From NCBI GenBank assembly GCA_964035545.1, contig OZ037769.1, positions 7,855,929-7,919,928 of the forward strand: a stretch of DNA of 64,000 bases. Direction: 5' to 3'. The notes under the pieces were generated by a model that was given only the letters and a program-made list of their open reading frames with translations, was not told the DNA's origin and searched no databases. Made by a program: the position numbers and the translations under genes. Each line of letters begins with the position of its first letter. The stretch's first letter is position 1. The stretch is from Bugula neritina. Its lineage: Eukaryota; Animalia; Bryozoa. Of this stretch, positions 1 through 14,300 are shown piece after piece.

Positions 1-127
1 CGATATAGTGCAAAGAAGAACAGCTGTAAAAATATAGGTTTTAAAATTGTGTTTTATTCATAAAATAACCACTTTCAAAGTTATTCACAGTCACTACTAC
101 TAATAGTAATACTCTACTAGTGCTACA

Positions 128-1897
128 ATGGATCTTTTTCAAGGTAAGCAAAAAACTACTAAGTCTGTCTAGTGTTAGAAGAAGAAATAAATAACGTAGA
201 AGTAGCAAAGATTAACTCATTATTTCAGACCAAGTATTGGCAATTGCTCAACTATTGTTAACTATATGACAAATGATTGAGTTTCAATAAACTCATAAAG
301 CCAGAAGACAGTAATAGAATAAGAGTAATTTATGGACATTGGACAGTGTTATACTCTTTAGGCTCTGAAGCCTTTAAAATTTTAATCATATTTGTGATGT
401 GTCTAGGCCCTAGAATATAGTTATATAGACAAATAATTATGTTTAAACCTAACCAAGTTACTTCAGTCCTAGAGCTCAACTTTCTATTTATTGTTAACAA
501 ATTAATACATATACAGTTAATGATATATGACCAACTCAATTCAAATATATATTTTTTAATGTGAGACGTATAAATTTATTTTGTTGCAATAATATTCTAA
601 CATTTCTCATAACATATAATTTTGATTGTGTAGTCAAATAATGTAGATATGTTTTTACTACACACAAAATAATATAACAAGTTGGTTTTATCTACATATG
701 TAAAACACAAACTGTAAAGCAACTGTAAAGTAGTTTATTATTCCAACTTCTTTTAGAAAAACCAAATTATGTGTCGTTTGGAACGACTGAGTCGAGGCCT
801 ATATTCCCAATGGCTATGCCTCCAACAAGATTTGGCAATGAAATAAAACCTATACGGGGTCTACCAAACACTGGCCCAGGAGCCTATGAGAATGAGACAA
901 AAACTAACTTTCAATACCAGACTGATAATTACCTTACGAGCAAAAAGGGATATACAATGGGTGCTAGAACTGGACCAAGGTTTGTGTTAAACAAGTTTTA
1001 TGTCAAACAGCAAGTTGTAGTACTGTGTAGAGTAAATTTATATTGCAGTTTAAATATTTGAAACATCAACTAAAATGCTAATTTCCTCAAAATTTTCTAT
1101 GCATTGAGACTTTTCCGTATTATGTTTCAAGGAAATGGCATAAAAATTATAAATGCATTATTTTACCCAAAAACAAAAATTTGTAATTTGAGCTGCTAAC
1201 TTTGCTTTACAAAACTATTGGATTACAAACTAGGTTTAGAAAAGAATTTATAGAAGAAACTCCAGCTCCAGATTGTTACCAAACCAAGTGCACAGAACCT
1301 ATGGAATTTGAGACGGCATATAAACCATTCAACTATGCTTCAGAAAGGTTTCCTGTCACCAGAAGAGATGTTGAAGAAGCTACACCTGGGTATGTCAGTT
1401 TATTTGTCAACATCACGAATAAACAAACATTGACACCAACAATCCTAAAGAATAATGGAATGTGGGTATATCTGGAGTTATGTGTTCTAGACACACAAGT
1501 CCAACAGAAATTCATTTCCACTTTCTGCTGCATTAGCTTATTTCCCAGATTACTTTTAAATTACTTTAGAAAATTAACTTTTAAATTGTAATGAAAACAG
1601 CATTCTTAATTTAACATTGTTCATCACAGAATAATGAAGAAATTATCAAATTAAAAATACATAAACTGTTCACTAACTCAAGGTCACTAAATTTCTTTTA
1701 GAGCTGGAAGCTATGTATTTGGTGTAAAACAAAATAGGAAAGTTCAATGGCACCAGAGTTTCGGAGGTGCTCCTATCAAGTTACCAGATGTTCACATTAA
1801 AAGCACAATTGGTTCTAATACAGCAAAACTATTAAGCACCAGAGACGCTAAAAAACATCATCGGAAGTTGGCATATCTCAAGCTGTATTGGGAATAA
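128..1897 (+). CDS. PIFO: Protein pitchfork / CIMAP3-like ciliary protein (STPG-type PGP repeats), 4 exons
   Basis: Exons 128-143, 757-979, 1234-1389, 1702-1897 join in frame via GT-AG introns. The product has SFGTTESR, PGAYE, TPAPDCY and TPGAGSY repeat motifs and a C-terminal RKLAYLKLYWE* resembling the pitchfork C-terminus. AATAAA near 2202. Confidence 0.8.
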
Positions 1898-2370
1898 GAT
1901 ATCATTACTAGACCGGAAGTGACACGTTATCTCCAACACTTTCATTATTATATTTCTTCTACCTGCTACAGAACTATTTCTAGTTTTTCATGTGAAAACT
2001 GTGCTATATTTTTTATCATTAAAATGTGTTCATATGTTTAACATATTGGACACTTATTAGATCATTTGAACTTTTCGTTTATAGATTTCGTTTAGTTGAT
2101 TTAAAAACACTTTCTGGCATTGAGCAAGTTCAGGTGAAATGCTAATACTGTACTAGGTGTTTTTGTATATAAATATTTGACTCACATAAGCTTACGGTTT
2201 TAATAAAATATGCCTAAACTATTATAAAATTTGAAAAAAAGCATTGCATAGGAACATAGCACAAAAATAAAACTGTAATCTAGAAAATAATTTAAAAGAA
2301 CTGAGCCTACATTTGAATGCAATCAATTTACAGGAGTTGAAAGTAGTTTTTGTTACTCTATCATCAGAGT

Positions 2371-5251
2371 TTAGAGTTTAGACTTTCGACTAAAAAACTT
2401 CATGACCGCTTCTATAGCCTCAGGGGAGGTATACAAATCATCTAACACTCGAGACTCACGCTCATTAACTCTGTGCAGTGTCTCTCTAAACTCTTTGTAA
2501 CGTATCAGAGCTTTGCCTTCAACTAATGCCTACAAGCAACACAGAAAGTTATCAAAGTAGTCACTGAATTTGACATGATAAGGTTCAATCAACTAACCCC
2601 TAAAGCAAACACAAAAACAGCAAAATATAATTATTGATCAAGGTAGTCATAGGGCTGCAGTAAATATAACAGAACGAGTAATTCTTGTTATATTAAATGA
2701 CTTGTTATTGGATCCTTCCAGAATGTAATTAAGCAACAGTTTGAACATACCCTCGAGCCAAGCTGTGCATATTCTCTAATAAGAGCTTTAGATTGAGCTT
2801 CAAATGATGAATGTGGAAAAACTCTGGAAACAAAACCACAGTCCAACAGTTCTTGAGCACTAAACTTCCTATTAAACATCAGCATCTCTGCAGCCTGAAA
2901 TGATTTTATCTAAATTATTACCTAATAATTTGCAATTGCTTACAGTGTTCACATTGACTATAAGTCATCAACAGTTTACATTATTTACGCACTGAATATA
3001 GGAAAGAATGAGTTTATATAAAATTATAAATGCAGGATTTCGAACACACTGAAAAATTAAAATTGTCATAAAAATTCATGAAATTCAAGTGTTACAAATA
3101 TTGTTTGTCATGTTTACCTTACTGTAGCCCATGATTCTTGGGAACATGTATGATGAAGTACCCTCGGCGCATAAACCAAGGTTAGTAAATGGTGTAGAGA
3201 AAGTAGCCTAAAGTAAACAGAGAAATGAGAGTAAGGGTAATCAAAATCCCAAAGAAAAAATCTTACTCTGACAATTGACAGTTGCTAGCCAAATAATTCA
3301 AATGCACAGCTTGAAGCTCATGTATAGAAGAGCCATATGCTATACTTTATAAGAATGCATGTCAGTGAGAATGGAGTTAAGCTTTAACAAAATCGTTCAG
3401 TTTATTGACTGATTAGATAATACATTGTAAATTAGCACGGAGAATAACTATAATACGTAGCTATTTTCAACTAAACTATCTATATCTAAAATTTAAAAAA
3501 TAATAAAGCAGCTTTATCAATAAAATTTGTAGTTATTACTATTATACGTTACAAAAATTACTGTAGTGAAAAATTTTCAAGGCACATTCTAAAATATTTT
3601 ACAATGAGTATATTTGACTGGTTCATTTTCTAGGAGTTACTGAAATAAAGTATAGCAACTGTGGAAATAAATAAAGTGTATAATTCAAACAAAAAGAACA
3701 ATATAACTGTTCAGCCAAGTGTTAGCAAATACCAACTTACTTATAGGCTGCATAAAAATTAAGACATTTGGACTAGTAGTCAGCCAGCATGCCTGTACAG
3801 TACCAAGTATGTGTTTGGCTAAATGCAGCACATCAGTTGCCAATACTCACAGCATCTGACGCAAAGACCAGGTCGAAGTGAATGAGCATAGTGACTCCCA
3901 TGCCCACAGCTGGTCCGTTCACCAAAGCTATCAGTGGTTTCTTTATTTCTATGAGAATGTCGACCAGTTTACTGGAATAGGCAAAGATAAAATTGAGAAA
4001 AATTTGCTGCTACAGCAAAGTAATTCTGGGTTTCACTTTTATCTTGATTTTTACTAAGAAAAACTGCTTTAAATAGCATTAGTTGTCAATGCTTGACAGA
4101 CTGAGGGGAAGCAATATAATAATACTCAAATCACACGACACATGATTCAAAGTTGATATGAAAGCGTGGAAATTAAATAGCAAGTCATAGAATCAGACGG
4201 AAATAACTAATTTCGTTGGCTATGCAGAACCCCGTAAGGATTAAAACAGTTACGGTGAGAAACGGTGAGAGGATGATGTATGACTCACCTGAAAGCATTT
4301 CTCCTATCCATGCTCTCAGGATCTGTAATATTATTTTGATCATTTCCACTTGTGAAGTAACGTCCATTACCTAAAAATTTAGTAAATACAGCAACTAGTG
4401 TTAAATAACACAATCTTAGAGAACAATTGTGTCTCTTTTCTCAAACAACCGTAAAATAGATTTAAAAAACACAAACTACTTGACTCAACTAAGTTCATAC
4501 CTCTACCATAACACAGTGCAGAAAATTGAAACAGTAGCACACAACAGAGCATAGACCTTGCCACTGCATTGTGGGGGTTCAGCTACAAAGCTAGAGTAAC
4601 TACACTTTGCAACAATAACGTGATCAAGTTAATTAATAAATATTATACCTTTTAGCTGCACATTTGACGACCTTCTCCTATTATTGAAAATCAGAGATGA
4701 AAACTAAGCATACTAAATCTATCTAGAATTTAAATTCACACTCAAAACTGTAAATATATCCATAACCAAGTAGTACTAACCACACGAGAGCCTTTTACTA
4801 GTCTACAGTGAAAGACTGTACCTGTAAAAACTATCAACTTAGTCTGTGGGTCTCCATCAGCCAACTCCAGTGCGAGGTACAACTCATCATACATCTAAGA
4901 ACACATACAGACTGAGTCATTGGACGGTGACAAAGTTAGGTAACACAAAACTTAAAATAAAGTAGCAGATATGACCCTTTCCAAATAATAAAAATCTTAC
5001 ATTTATTATAGCCAGCATTTGCACTGAATTTTGAAATGTGTTTTCATGTCTGTGATATGTAATAAATCATGCAAATAAAATAGCGGATATGACCCTTACC
5101 AATTTTATAAATCTTAGAGCATTGCAAATCAATCAAATATCTCCATACATACCCTGAAGCTAACGGCGTTGTACTTTTGTGGTCTGTTAAATTTAATCCA
5201 ACGAACACCATCTTGGTCGTTTTCAACTTGCAAAGTAGAAAAATCTTTCAT
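2371..5251 (-). CDS. ECI2: Peroxisomal enoyl-CoA delta-isomerase (ECI2-like, crotonase fold), 7 exons, ~255 aa, PTS1
   Basis: Exons 5251-5153, 4894-4822, 4370-4289, 3971-3851, 3207-3118, 2894-2751, 2529-2371 have consistent phases. Motifs [36 protein letters not shown] and [23 protein letters not shown]. Ends FFSRKSKL*. Confidence 0.88.
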
Positions 5252-8200
5252 GCTAGATTTAAATTAAAAGCACATATATAACGTATAATATAGTACACTA
5301 TTACATTCCTATATTCTAAAGCATGGCCATTTTCATTGCACTGTAAGTGATAAATGAAGCCAATGACAAAAACTATCTTTTATTGGTACTGACTACTGTG
5401 ATATGACAGCATGTCTGAAAATTATACAGATGTGGTACAAATTGATAACAAATTCACAAGATACTGAAGAGAGATTTTGATTCAAAAGTACAGTTCAAAA
5501 AATAGCATTTATCTTTACGACTCATACTGCTTATTTGAGTATACATTAAATAGAATGAGTGTGAGTGATCACCTATTTTATATTTCCATGAACATCACAC
5601 TAAGCTACTAGGCTAATAGCCCACAAGACAAGTGAAAATATCTATATCACTATTAGCATTTGCATTGTGCCTAACACCTTGGTCTTTTCAATTGAACCAG
5701 AGTAGTGTAAATTGAAACTCAAAACAATATGCGTTTGTATTGATGAAGTCTGAAGTCTTTTTGGCTCAAGACTACGAAGAACTGAGCAGTACAAGAAGAG
5801 ACTCCCAAAATGATTTAAAAAAACAATAATATCATAACCTATGTTGAATTTCAATACCCCTTAGTCTGTATGTAAAATATTTATGCATATTAAGTACAAC
5901 AACCAGCAGTCCACAAGCTTTGTAAAAACATGCTGTTAAACTTTTTATTACTGTTATTGTGGCATACCTACAAACTCATAGTCAATCATAGTGTACCATA
6001 ATTTGCCCAAAGCCAATTAGGAAGCTAAATACTTGCAATACTGATGGTGATACTCAAAGCCATACTCATACTGATGTTCTTGCCTAGTCTCATAGTCAAA
6101 GAGTGATAGACTTACAGGAATGGCTATAGTTACACTTAGTTTTACCGATAATTATTTTTGATACCCATACTGAGTTACACTAATATATTTGATTGCTATA
6201 CTTTTGAACAGCAGTATAGTCTAGACTCTAGAGGCACAGCATTAAACTATTAGTAATTTGATATTAATATTTATAGTACTGGTCATAGTTAGTGTCATAA
6301 TAATAATAAATAAATATTATTCTTTGTTATACCATCACCATGACCATCTTATTTACAATTTAAGTTTATTATACTTATAGCATAGTTTAGTTGCAGAGAT
6401 AGTCATACTCATAGTGATCTGGGTACCCTAGTGATACTGATAGGGAATTAAATTTAATAAAACCATCAAATTCTACTTATGCTTCAAAGCCACTGACTTC
6501 ATCACTTAAACGTTTAATCTTACAGTTGTTAATATTATCTATGCCTACTCAGTCCAAATCTTGCGGCTGAGACTCGTTAACCATACAGTAGAATTTGAAA
6601 TTCAAATTGATTTGCACAACCAGTATGAGTATGACTCAAGTATCAGTATGACTATGAGTATCACTATCAGGATCACATTCACAATCACTGCCAGTGTGAC
6701 TGTGAGTGTCTTAAATCATCTACAGACTACATATTTCAATGATTGTTGTCATGAGTTGCATTGTTCAACAGCATGGTGCTTTTCTATTTTTCCTAACATT
6801 GAAATTACGTAAATCTTTAAGAACTACCGTACGATGATAAGAAATTACGCAAAATCAAAGGCTGTAGTGACTGCCGAGGAAAACAGGGGCGTGTACTTGC
6901 ACAATGTCAAGGCCAGTGTGAATTGTCACGATAGCTATGACGATGACGGTCCAATCATAGATGTGGTTTAAAATGTCAATGGTAATTTGATGCGAGGAAT
7001 TGGAATACCACCAGTTTTATTCCTGCTCAATGCCTGGATGCACATGACTAATTCTACCTATTAGATGTAGTGTGTAATAAAACATCAACTTGCTCAAATC
7101 TACATAGAATTTATGTTTTGCTGCTACAAACACAGTCATATGTTGGGCAAATTAAATAACTTGTTGCATGCCATCAGTGGTTTTGATTTGTTGCCTTTTT
7201 ACTATTAATACTGTTAAACTGAAAAACTTGCAAAACTGTGTTGGTATATTTTACTTCATTCATTTTAACATCAAATAATTAAATGCATTAGTATATCTGC
7301 ATATAAATGCATATTATAGTTTGTCTGCAACAAAACACTAGTTTTAAACCTGCATGATACTTATCACAATTATATGTGATATAATTCAAAATTATACCAG
7401 CATATCTGTTATAATTACATTCATTTTTGCAAGGAAAGAATCAAACTGCTATTGCCTCAATTTTTTGCATCGAAAGTTTGATTTTTGTAGCCAGAAAACA
7501 TAAAACCACTTTAGTAAAGTGTACAGGCATGTGCATGAAGCACTGTACAAAGAGGCTTTGTCAACTATTACAATTATAGTAAGAAACAGTGTTAGATTCA
7601 TCTGCTCAGTCTACAATCCCTGTGGCATTAAAGGAGAAAATTTGTCTAATGAAGGTACAAAATAAGTCTGTTTCCACTCCTCTGCCATAGCCTTTATTCA
7701 CAGAGTGCATATAATGTAGCCTCAATAAATGTTAGACAGGGTATGCCGAAACATATATAATGGTCATAAAAGTATTGTCATGTTTATTTGTTACAGAGAA
7801 ACTCTTGAAGGCCTATCATTTATTCATATATAGCATGCAAGAAGTAGGATAACATCTAGATCCTAGGCCATTTTAGCACTGTTTTACCGCATGCTCATTT
7901 ATATCAGCTGACACTATTTATTACATAAATTTTAAAACAAAACTGTGAGTATACTATAAAAAGAGTTAGCAGCAAAATAACTCAATATTACATGCATGTA
8001 AAATACAAAAAGAGAAGACAACTCAGAGTCACAATTATATAAAATGGTAAACAAAGAAGATGACAAGATACTCTCAACTTTTTAGTAACAACAACATTGA
8101 GCTATTGGCAAGCATGAAGACAAAGTATAGCACCACATAATATCTAAAACAAACTTTATATTATCAGAGAAAAAGTTTTACGCAGCAAATAAATAACGCA

Positions 8201-8377
8201 GGCTAGAAAATATCAAAATAAATTTGACTATTTTAAAGATATAAAGAGATTATCAACTTCCTTTGGCTAAATGTCAAAAATGAGCGTTGTTTTAACTTTG
8301 GGATTAAATAATGCAACCAAAAGATGGTTGGCTTCATACCATTAAGTGAGTGATGTTGTATGACTGAGTGTCAGACA

Positions 8378-11300
8378 CTAAATAGAGGGGGGACGATCAT
8401 CACGGTGACTAGGAGACTGATCAGCGTGTCCAGTTTTACGCCGAGAATTATACTTTTTTGACTTTTTACTAGTATATTTCCGGGGTTTGCCTCCATAGTA
8501 TATCTTTCCATCGGAAGTCTCATATTTACCTCCATATCTCGTGGCTTTTTCCTCAATAGATGCTGATACATTGTGCTCAGGTGTATCTTCCTTGTTTCTC
8601 AGGCTGAGTTGTGGTTTGGAGTATGTTTGAGGTTGAGGTTTAGACTCAACTACAGCAGGTTTAGTGTCAGCATAATGTGGCTGTAACTTAGTGGAGGAAG
8701 TGTAAGGTCGACCAGAGACGGGCTGGTAGTAGGAGACAGATGAACCGTAGGCTGGTGTGTAAGAGGGTGTGGACTCATACCCACTGTTACCACTGTATCT
8801 ATTATAGTCTGAGGGGTGTGACACACCGTAGGTATTGTATCCGTGTGAAGCAGTACCTCCATAGCCATGTGAACCATACCCGGCATGTCCTCTGTAAGAA
8901 GGGTGAGTTTGCTGACTCCCATAAGACGTAGGGTTTACATTATAGCTAGTACTTGCACCAGCGTACTTGGATGGTCCATATCTTGAATCAGAAGTATTAT
9001 AGTTGGGTTTTTTATACCTGTCCGGCTCTTTGTATGAGAGAGCATAGCTACTAGAACTTGGATCACCGTATGATGTCTTGGCACCTGCATATCTTTTAAA
9101 CCTGGATTTTGTTTTCTTTTCAGGTTTAGAACTACGAGATGGTTCATATTTGGTGTAGGATGAATCGTACTTATTTGTTGGTTCACTGGGTTGATAAATG
9201 CTATGCTTGCTAGCAGCTGGATAGTATGAGAAATTGCCTCCACTTTGTTGTCGAGGAGCCGGATAAGTCTGGGATGGATAATCGAATTGTGAAGTTTTGC
9301 TACCACTGTATGTTTTCTTTGCAGGATTTTTCACATTTGGGTCATCCTCAACGACAAATATATAGGTACCTGTAACAGACACATGGACATGCATCAGCAC
9401 ACCTACAAGTTTTAGCCTTTATAATCTTAAATACTATTTATCAAAGCAGGTGAATTTATTTATTGGAAAGAATTGGGTAAGTAAAAAAACCTCCATAGAT
9501 TTTGAAGAAATATAGATAGGTTGCATTAATTACAAACAGCCATCATTTCTTGTGTGACGATTTAGTGCAAAACCAACAAGAAAAACCCTGACAGTAGTCT
9601 ATTGCTCCGGGTGTACAATTACTTTGTACTATATAAATGTTGTATTGGGAGTTAACTTACCTGTCTCATAATCCCACTTAGGTACACACCTCTGTCTCGG
9701 CTGTTCACTCTCTTTCTCTGCGATATCTGATGAAGAACGTGTGGCGCTATCAAATTCCAGCATCTCTACACGCTTTGTGGTATTTTGCGGAGTTTTATTT
9801 GCAGTAATGTGACCTGTGTCTGCAGGTTTATTGAGTTCAACAGTAGATGTAACATTATCATACACTGACGGTTCCTTGTGGACAGGTGCAGGGGGCAACT
9901 GTTCTTCACTACTAGCTAAACTCAGATTAGATTTATTATCTTCATTTGCAACATCAGGTGGAGGTAACCCTGCAAATGTAGCCCTTCTAGATAATTCTCT
10001 ACGCTCTTGCCGTGACAATTGTTGGTTATTATCTTGATGATTGTTGCTTCCACCAAGCTTCTTGTCTACCGCCACCCTGCCACCAAAGGTAGCCTGTCTG
10101 TGCAGTTTTCGAATGTTAGAGTCATTGACGGGCGTCTCCTCATGCTCACAAGCTAAAGAAGAATTGTTTGGCATTAGATTAGTTCTGACTATTTGAGTTG
10201 GGTTTTCAGTCTCTCTTTGGTTAGAAGGCTGAGTGAGCTCTACTGCAGGCAAGACAGAGAAAGTGGCGTTACGATGTAATTCCTTAACTTCCTTCTTATC
10301 GTCACACGTTGGACTAGGTTGCAGCTGTAGAAATTCTTTATAAGAGATACCTGCAAATGTCTTCTGCTTGCGCAATTTCTTCTTTGGTAATCCGGTTTCA
10401 TTGTCGCCGTATCCTTGTCTCTGTTCGTGAGATGAGCTGATATCAACACCGTCCAGGTTGCTTTCGCTAGTCTTACTAGAGTTATCAGATAATTCAGCGT
10501 GTGGTTTAATTGTTAAACTTCTTGTAGGTTTATTGTTGAGTGTCTCTAAGCTACTGTTAGAAAGAGATAAGGACAGCACGGATTCATGTAACTCACTTCC
10601 ACCCTCCGCCAGGGCTGGTGAGAGCTGAGAAACTGAAGTATTCTGTACATGAGATTCATTTAGAGTAGGTGCAGGTGAAGGCATGTCTTCTTGCAAACTT
10701 TTCTCCACTCCTGAAAAAAAAATGACATTCAACATTTATAAAACTCAAGTAAGTTTATAGTCACCATCCCTGTGAGAACCTTTGATGGAAAAAGTTTTTG
10801 TTAAATCGGGCTAAGGACTTATTCAGATGGGACAGAGGAGCAATTATGACTGGATACTTTTTTTTAACATCACCAATGGCCTTTGTCAGGGTTCGAACCG
10901 ATGACTTCGTGCTTACTAGGCAAACGCTCTAACCCCTAGGGCCTAGAGCCCTAGACCATCGCTGCCCCCTGACATTCACCATTTATATAATTTATTAATT
11001 AATTTATTGAGCACGTAGCAGCATGCAATGATAAATTAATTGGTTAAAATAACTATTTCAATATAATACGCAATTATCACAACAAATAATATTATTATAA
11101 CGTATAATACCTCACAACAATCAGGACATTTTCTAATGATAACTTATTCAACAAAAGTGGGAAATTTCTTTTGCAACGGTATTTCTAGTTTAAAATAGTC
11201 GCAGTGTGATGTAAAATGCTTAATTTCAGTCCTTGTGTCATTCCAGTTCATTTATTACATGCCCTTTTTAATACAGGCACAAATATGTAATATGGCATAA

Positions 11301-14300
11301 TAAAACATAATATACTATACAAGCCATCAAGTCAACTGAAAATCAAGGAGTGGCACACCCCAAGACTTACCCAAGGCTGGTTCAATACTAATAGAGTCAT
11401 TTTGCTGTGCATCCACGAAATTATCATCATCAACTTGATTTTCCTCAGGGTAAATATACTCCTGTGCATCATGAAAAACTGGAGTAGCTAAGCTGTCGGA
11501 GTCCGGGGTGTTGATACTAACGCCCTCCCATCCAGAGCTTGACAGCTTCGTCTCACTAGGTTTTTGGGCATTAGTGACAGCATTGCTGGCTGGTACAGAT
11601 GGAACTACAATGCTTTCTGCAGGCTTCTCTTCAACTCTTTCTTCTACGTTTTGTGCTTGCTTCTTCAACCTTTTCTCCCGCCTCTTTCTCCGGGCCTCCT
11701 GTTCCCTTTCTTCCACCTCCTGAAAATAAAACAGAAAGATATTATCTTTATTGCTATTTTATAAAAGCATAGTTTTTGTTTAATTGCTGTCCATACAAAC
11801 CTTGAAACATTCAGCAAAGTAGGTTTAGTTTGTTAGTGCTAAGCAAACTTTACTAACTGATAAGCTACACACTGCATGCCTTATGAGGCATATAGCAAGT
11901 TATAGTTTATAAAGTAGCAATGTTGAACATGGCCTGGGGCAGGCTGCACTGTATTTATCACTGGTGAAGTTCAACCAACAACATAGCCTATTAATGGTAT
12001 TTTATAAGTTACAGCTGGGGCACAGCAAGATTGCTTGAGCTGTTATGTGATTTTTTATCTGATGCTTTAGGAAAGGGACTCAATGTAACACTTATAACCA
12101 TGAGTTCTAACATAAACTAAAATTATATTATTTCCATCTCCTTCTAATTAAGAACGTTAAAATATAACTATATTTGAACTAGGGATTAAATTTCTTAAAA
12201 CCTTACAATTGTTTTTAAACAACAAACGACATGTTACTGCTCAGAATGTATATATGTTATTAATTTATGATCATTTTAACTTTTAAATTAAGAAATGTTG
12301 CATGTTTTGGAACAAGTGGTAATTTTAACGCAATAGTAATAATATTATACATGATGCAAGATGCAGACACGCATGAATGATTCTTACACGTTAAGTTGTG
12401 ATTTCATTGCTATGATGCAACAATTATTTTATTATTGACTTCCAGTTAATAGGAATTAAATACAGGCATGGGATTTGATATCGATATTGTATTTTGTATA
12501 TTTGCCTTGATTCAGCATCAGGGGGTATAGCTCAGTGGTAGAGCAATCGGCTGCAGTCCGATAGGCCCTGGGTTCAACTCCCAGTGCCCCCTCTTTTTTT
12601 TGTGACTCACCAAATTACCAATCACATTTTCTGAGTTTTTATATTTGTCAAAACACTATGAGTGAAATGAAATTAATTTGTAATGATGTACAAGTTCTAA
12701 AAGCATTTCGTTTGAACTAAGATTGAAATGTTCAACTAATAACAAATTACTGAGCTAGCTTTACTTCCATATGACAAAGTGCATAGAATAAAATGCATAA
12801 TTGAGCTTTCATTTAGAGTAACTGATGCCTGATGGCAGCAAACCTAGAAATTGTAGTTAAATAAGCGCAACTCCTAGTTTGAATTTAAAAAGATTTTGCT
12901 GACCAAGCTCTTAAGACTTAAACTGTAACTCGGGATATTATACAATAATCACTCACTGCAGGTTCAACAATCTTAGACTTGATTGTTCTCATCCCGTCCT
13001 CCATGTTGTGAACAGGAAGGTCATGGTCACAACTCTTCTCTGGAGCATGTTTTTCTCTCCCTCCAAAACCTCTAAGTAACTGATCCACCGCTGGAGAGCT
13101 GATCTCTGCAACAAGAAAATTAACGAATGAAACAACATGGCACAACAGAAACTTTGGAAGAGTTAAACAAATATATTTTATATAAATATTGAAATAAATC
13201 TGCCTTTGTAGCCCTTGCCTATTCCATAAATATTAAATATTTGATTTAGGCAGTTTGAAGAATAAGCAATGTGTTAATACATTTATCTCTATACTAACTC
13301 ACTTCATTTCAAACAAAAAATTGTGGCAAGAAATTTCGGCAAAACAATTTTTACAAAATGCTTTATTCTGTTGAATTTAAAGTTAAAGTAATATTCTCTA
13401 AATACAGCCAAGAGTTCAATTTCATAGAAAAATTACCATCAGCTAAATATTATTTTTTACAAACATCAAGCAGCCTAACAGCAGGAGAAGTAAAAGCGTA
13501 TTCTAAGAACTTTTCCAATTCAGAGCAATGAGTTTTCACAGTACAACACAGCTGGACACACCTTTCAACCACAGTTTAATTGCTAACTCCTTATAGAGTT
13601 AGAGCAAAAACACACCATAGCCTCACAGCAGAATTTTAAAACATGTTCCTTTCTGTATTCTATGCCAATGAGGAAAATAAGTTGAACATTTGTTTTCCAT
13701 CCGATCTTTAAACCGGAACAACACGAAAAATACATTTCCACATTTCATAAGCTGCATACTAATGCAGTAGATCATCTTAGTGTCCAAGAATAACTAATAA
13801 TTACCAAGACCACACCATATTACAACTATTTGTGAATCCAGGAACTCAAAATTTAAGCTGCATTTTTCTGTATCTAAGGTTATTTTTAGATGAAGAGTAG
13901 GCCTATATTTAGTTGAAGCTTGTGTTAGTCTTTCTTAGCATTAATATAGAATAAAAACACATACTGCTCCAGTAGTGTTGGCACACCTGCTCTGCTATAT
14001 TCTGTGAGAAACTTACCTGAATATATTCTGTCGACGTCCAGAGGAAAAGGGGAGGAGCCTGCAGATTTGGCTCCGGCCAGAGCAGCTACCTTACTCAGGG
14101 GTGTAACCAGATCATCCTTAGAGGGGGGCAGGTCTGGTGACTTCACCTGGTGTATATGCGGTATGTACAGATGTCATGCAACAAACACTATGGGTTGGCA
14201 TATTGCAGAGGGTTAACGTAAAGCTATTGAGAACATGGATATTCAACATTTTCATAGTATGGCTCAAATAAACTAAATTGGAGAATTAGAAATATTTTAC

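Noticed and set aside
8650-9306. Overlapping alternative-frame and antisense ORFs within large exons (also at 9816, 10240, 11508, 43299-44127, 58536)
   Set aside because: These are shadow ORFs of real coding exons with no independent motif support.
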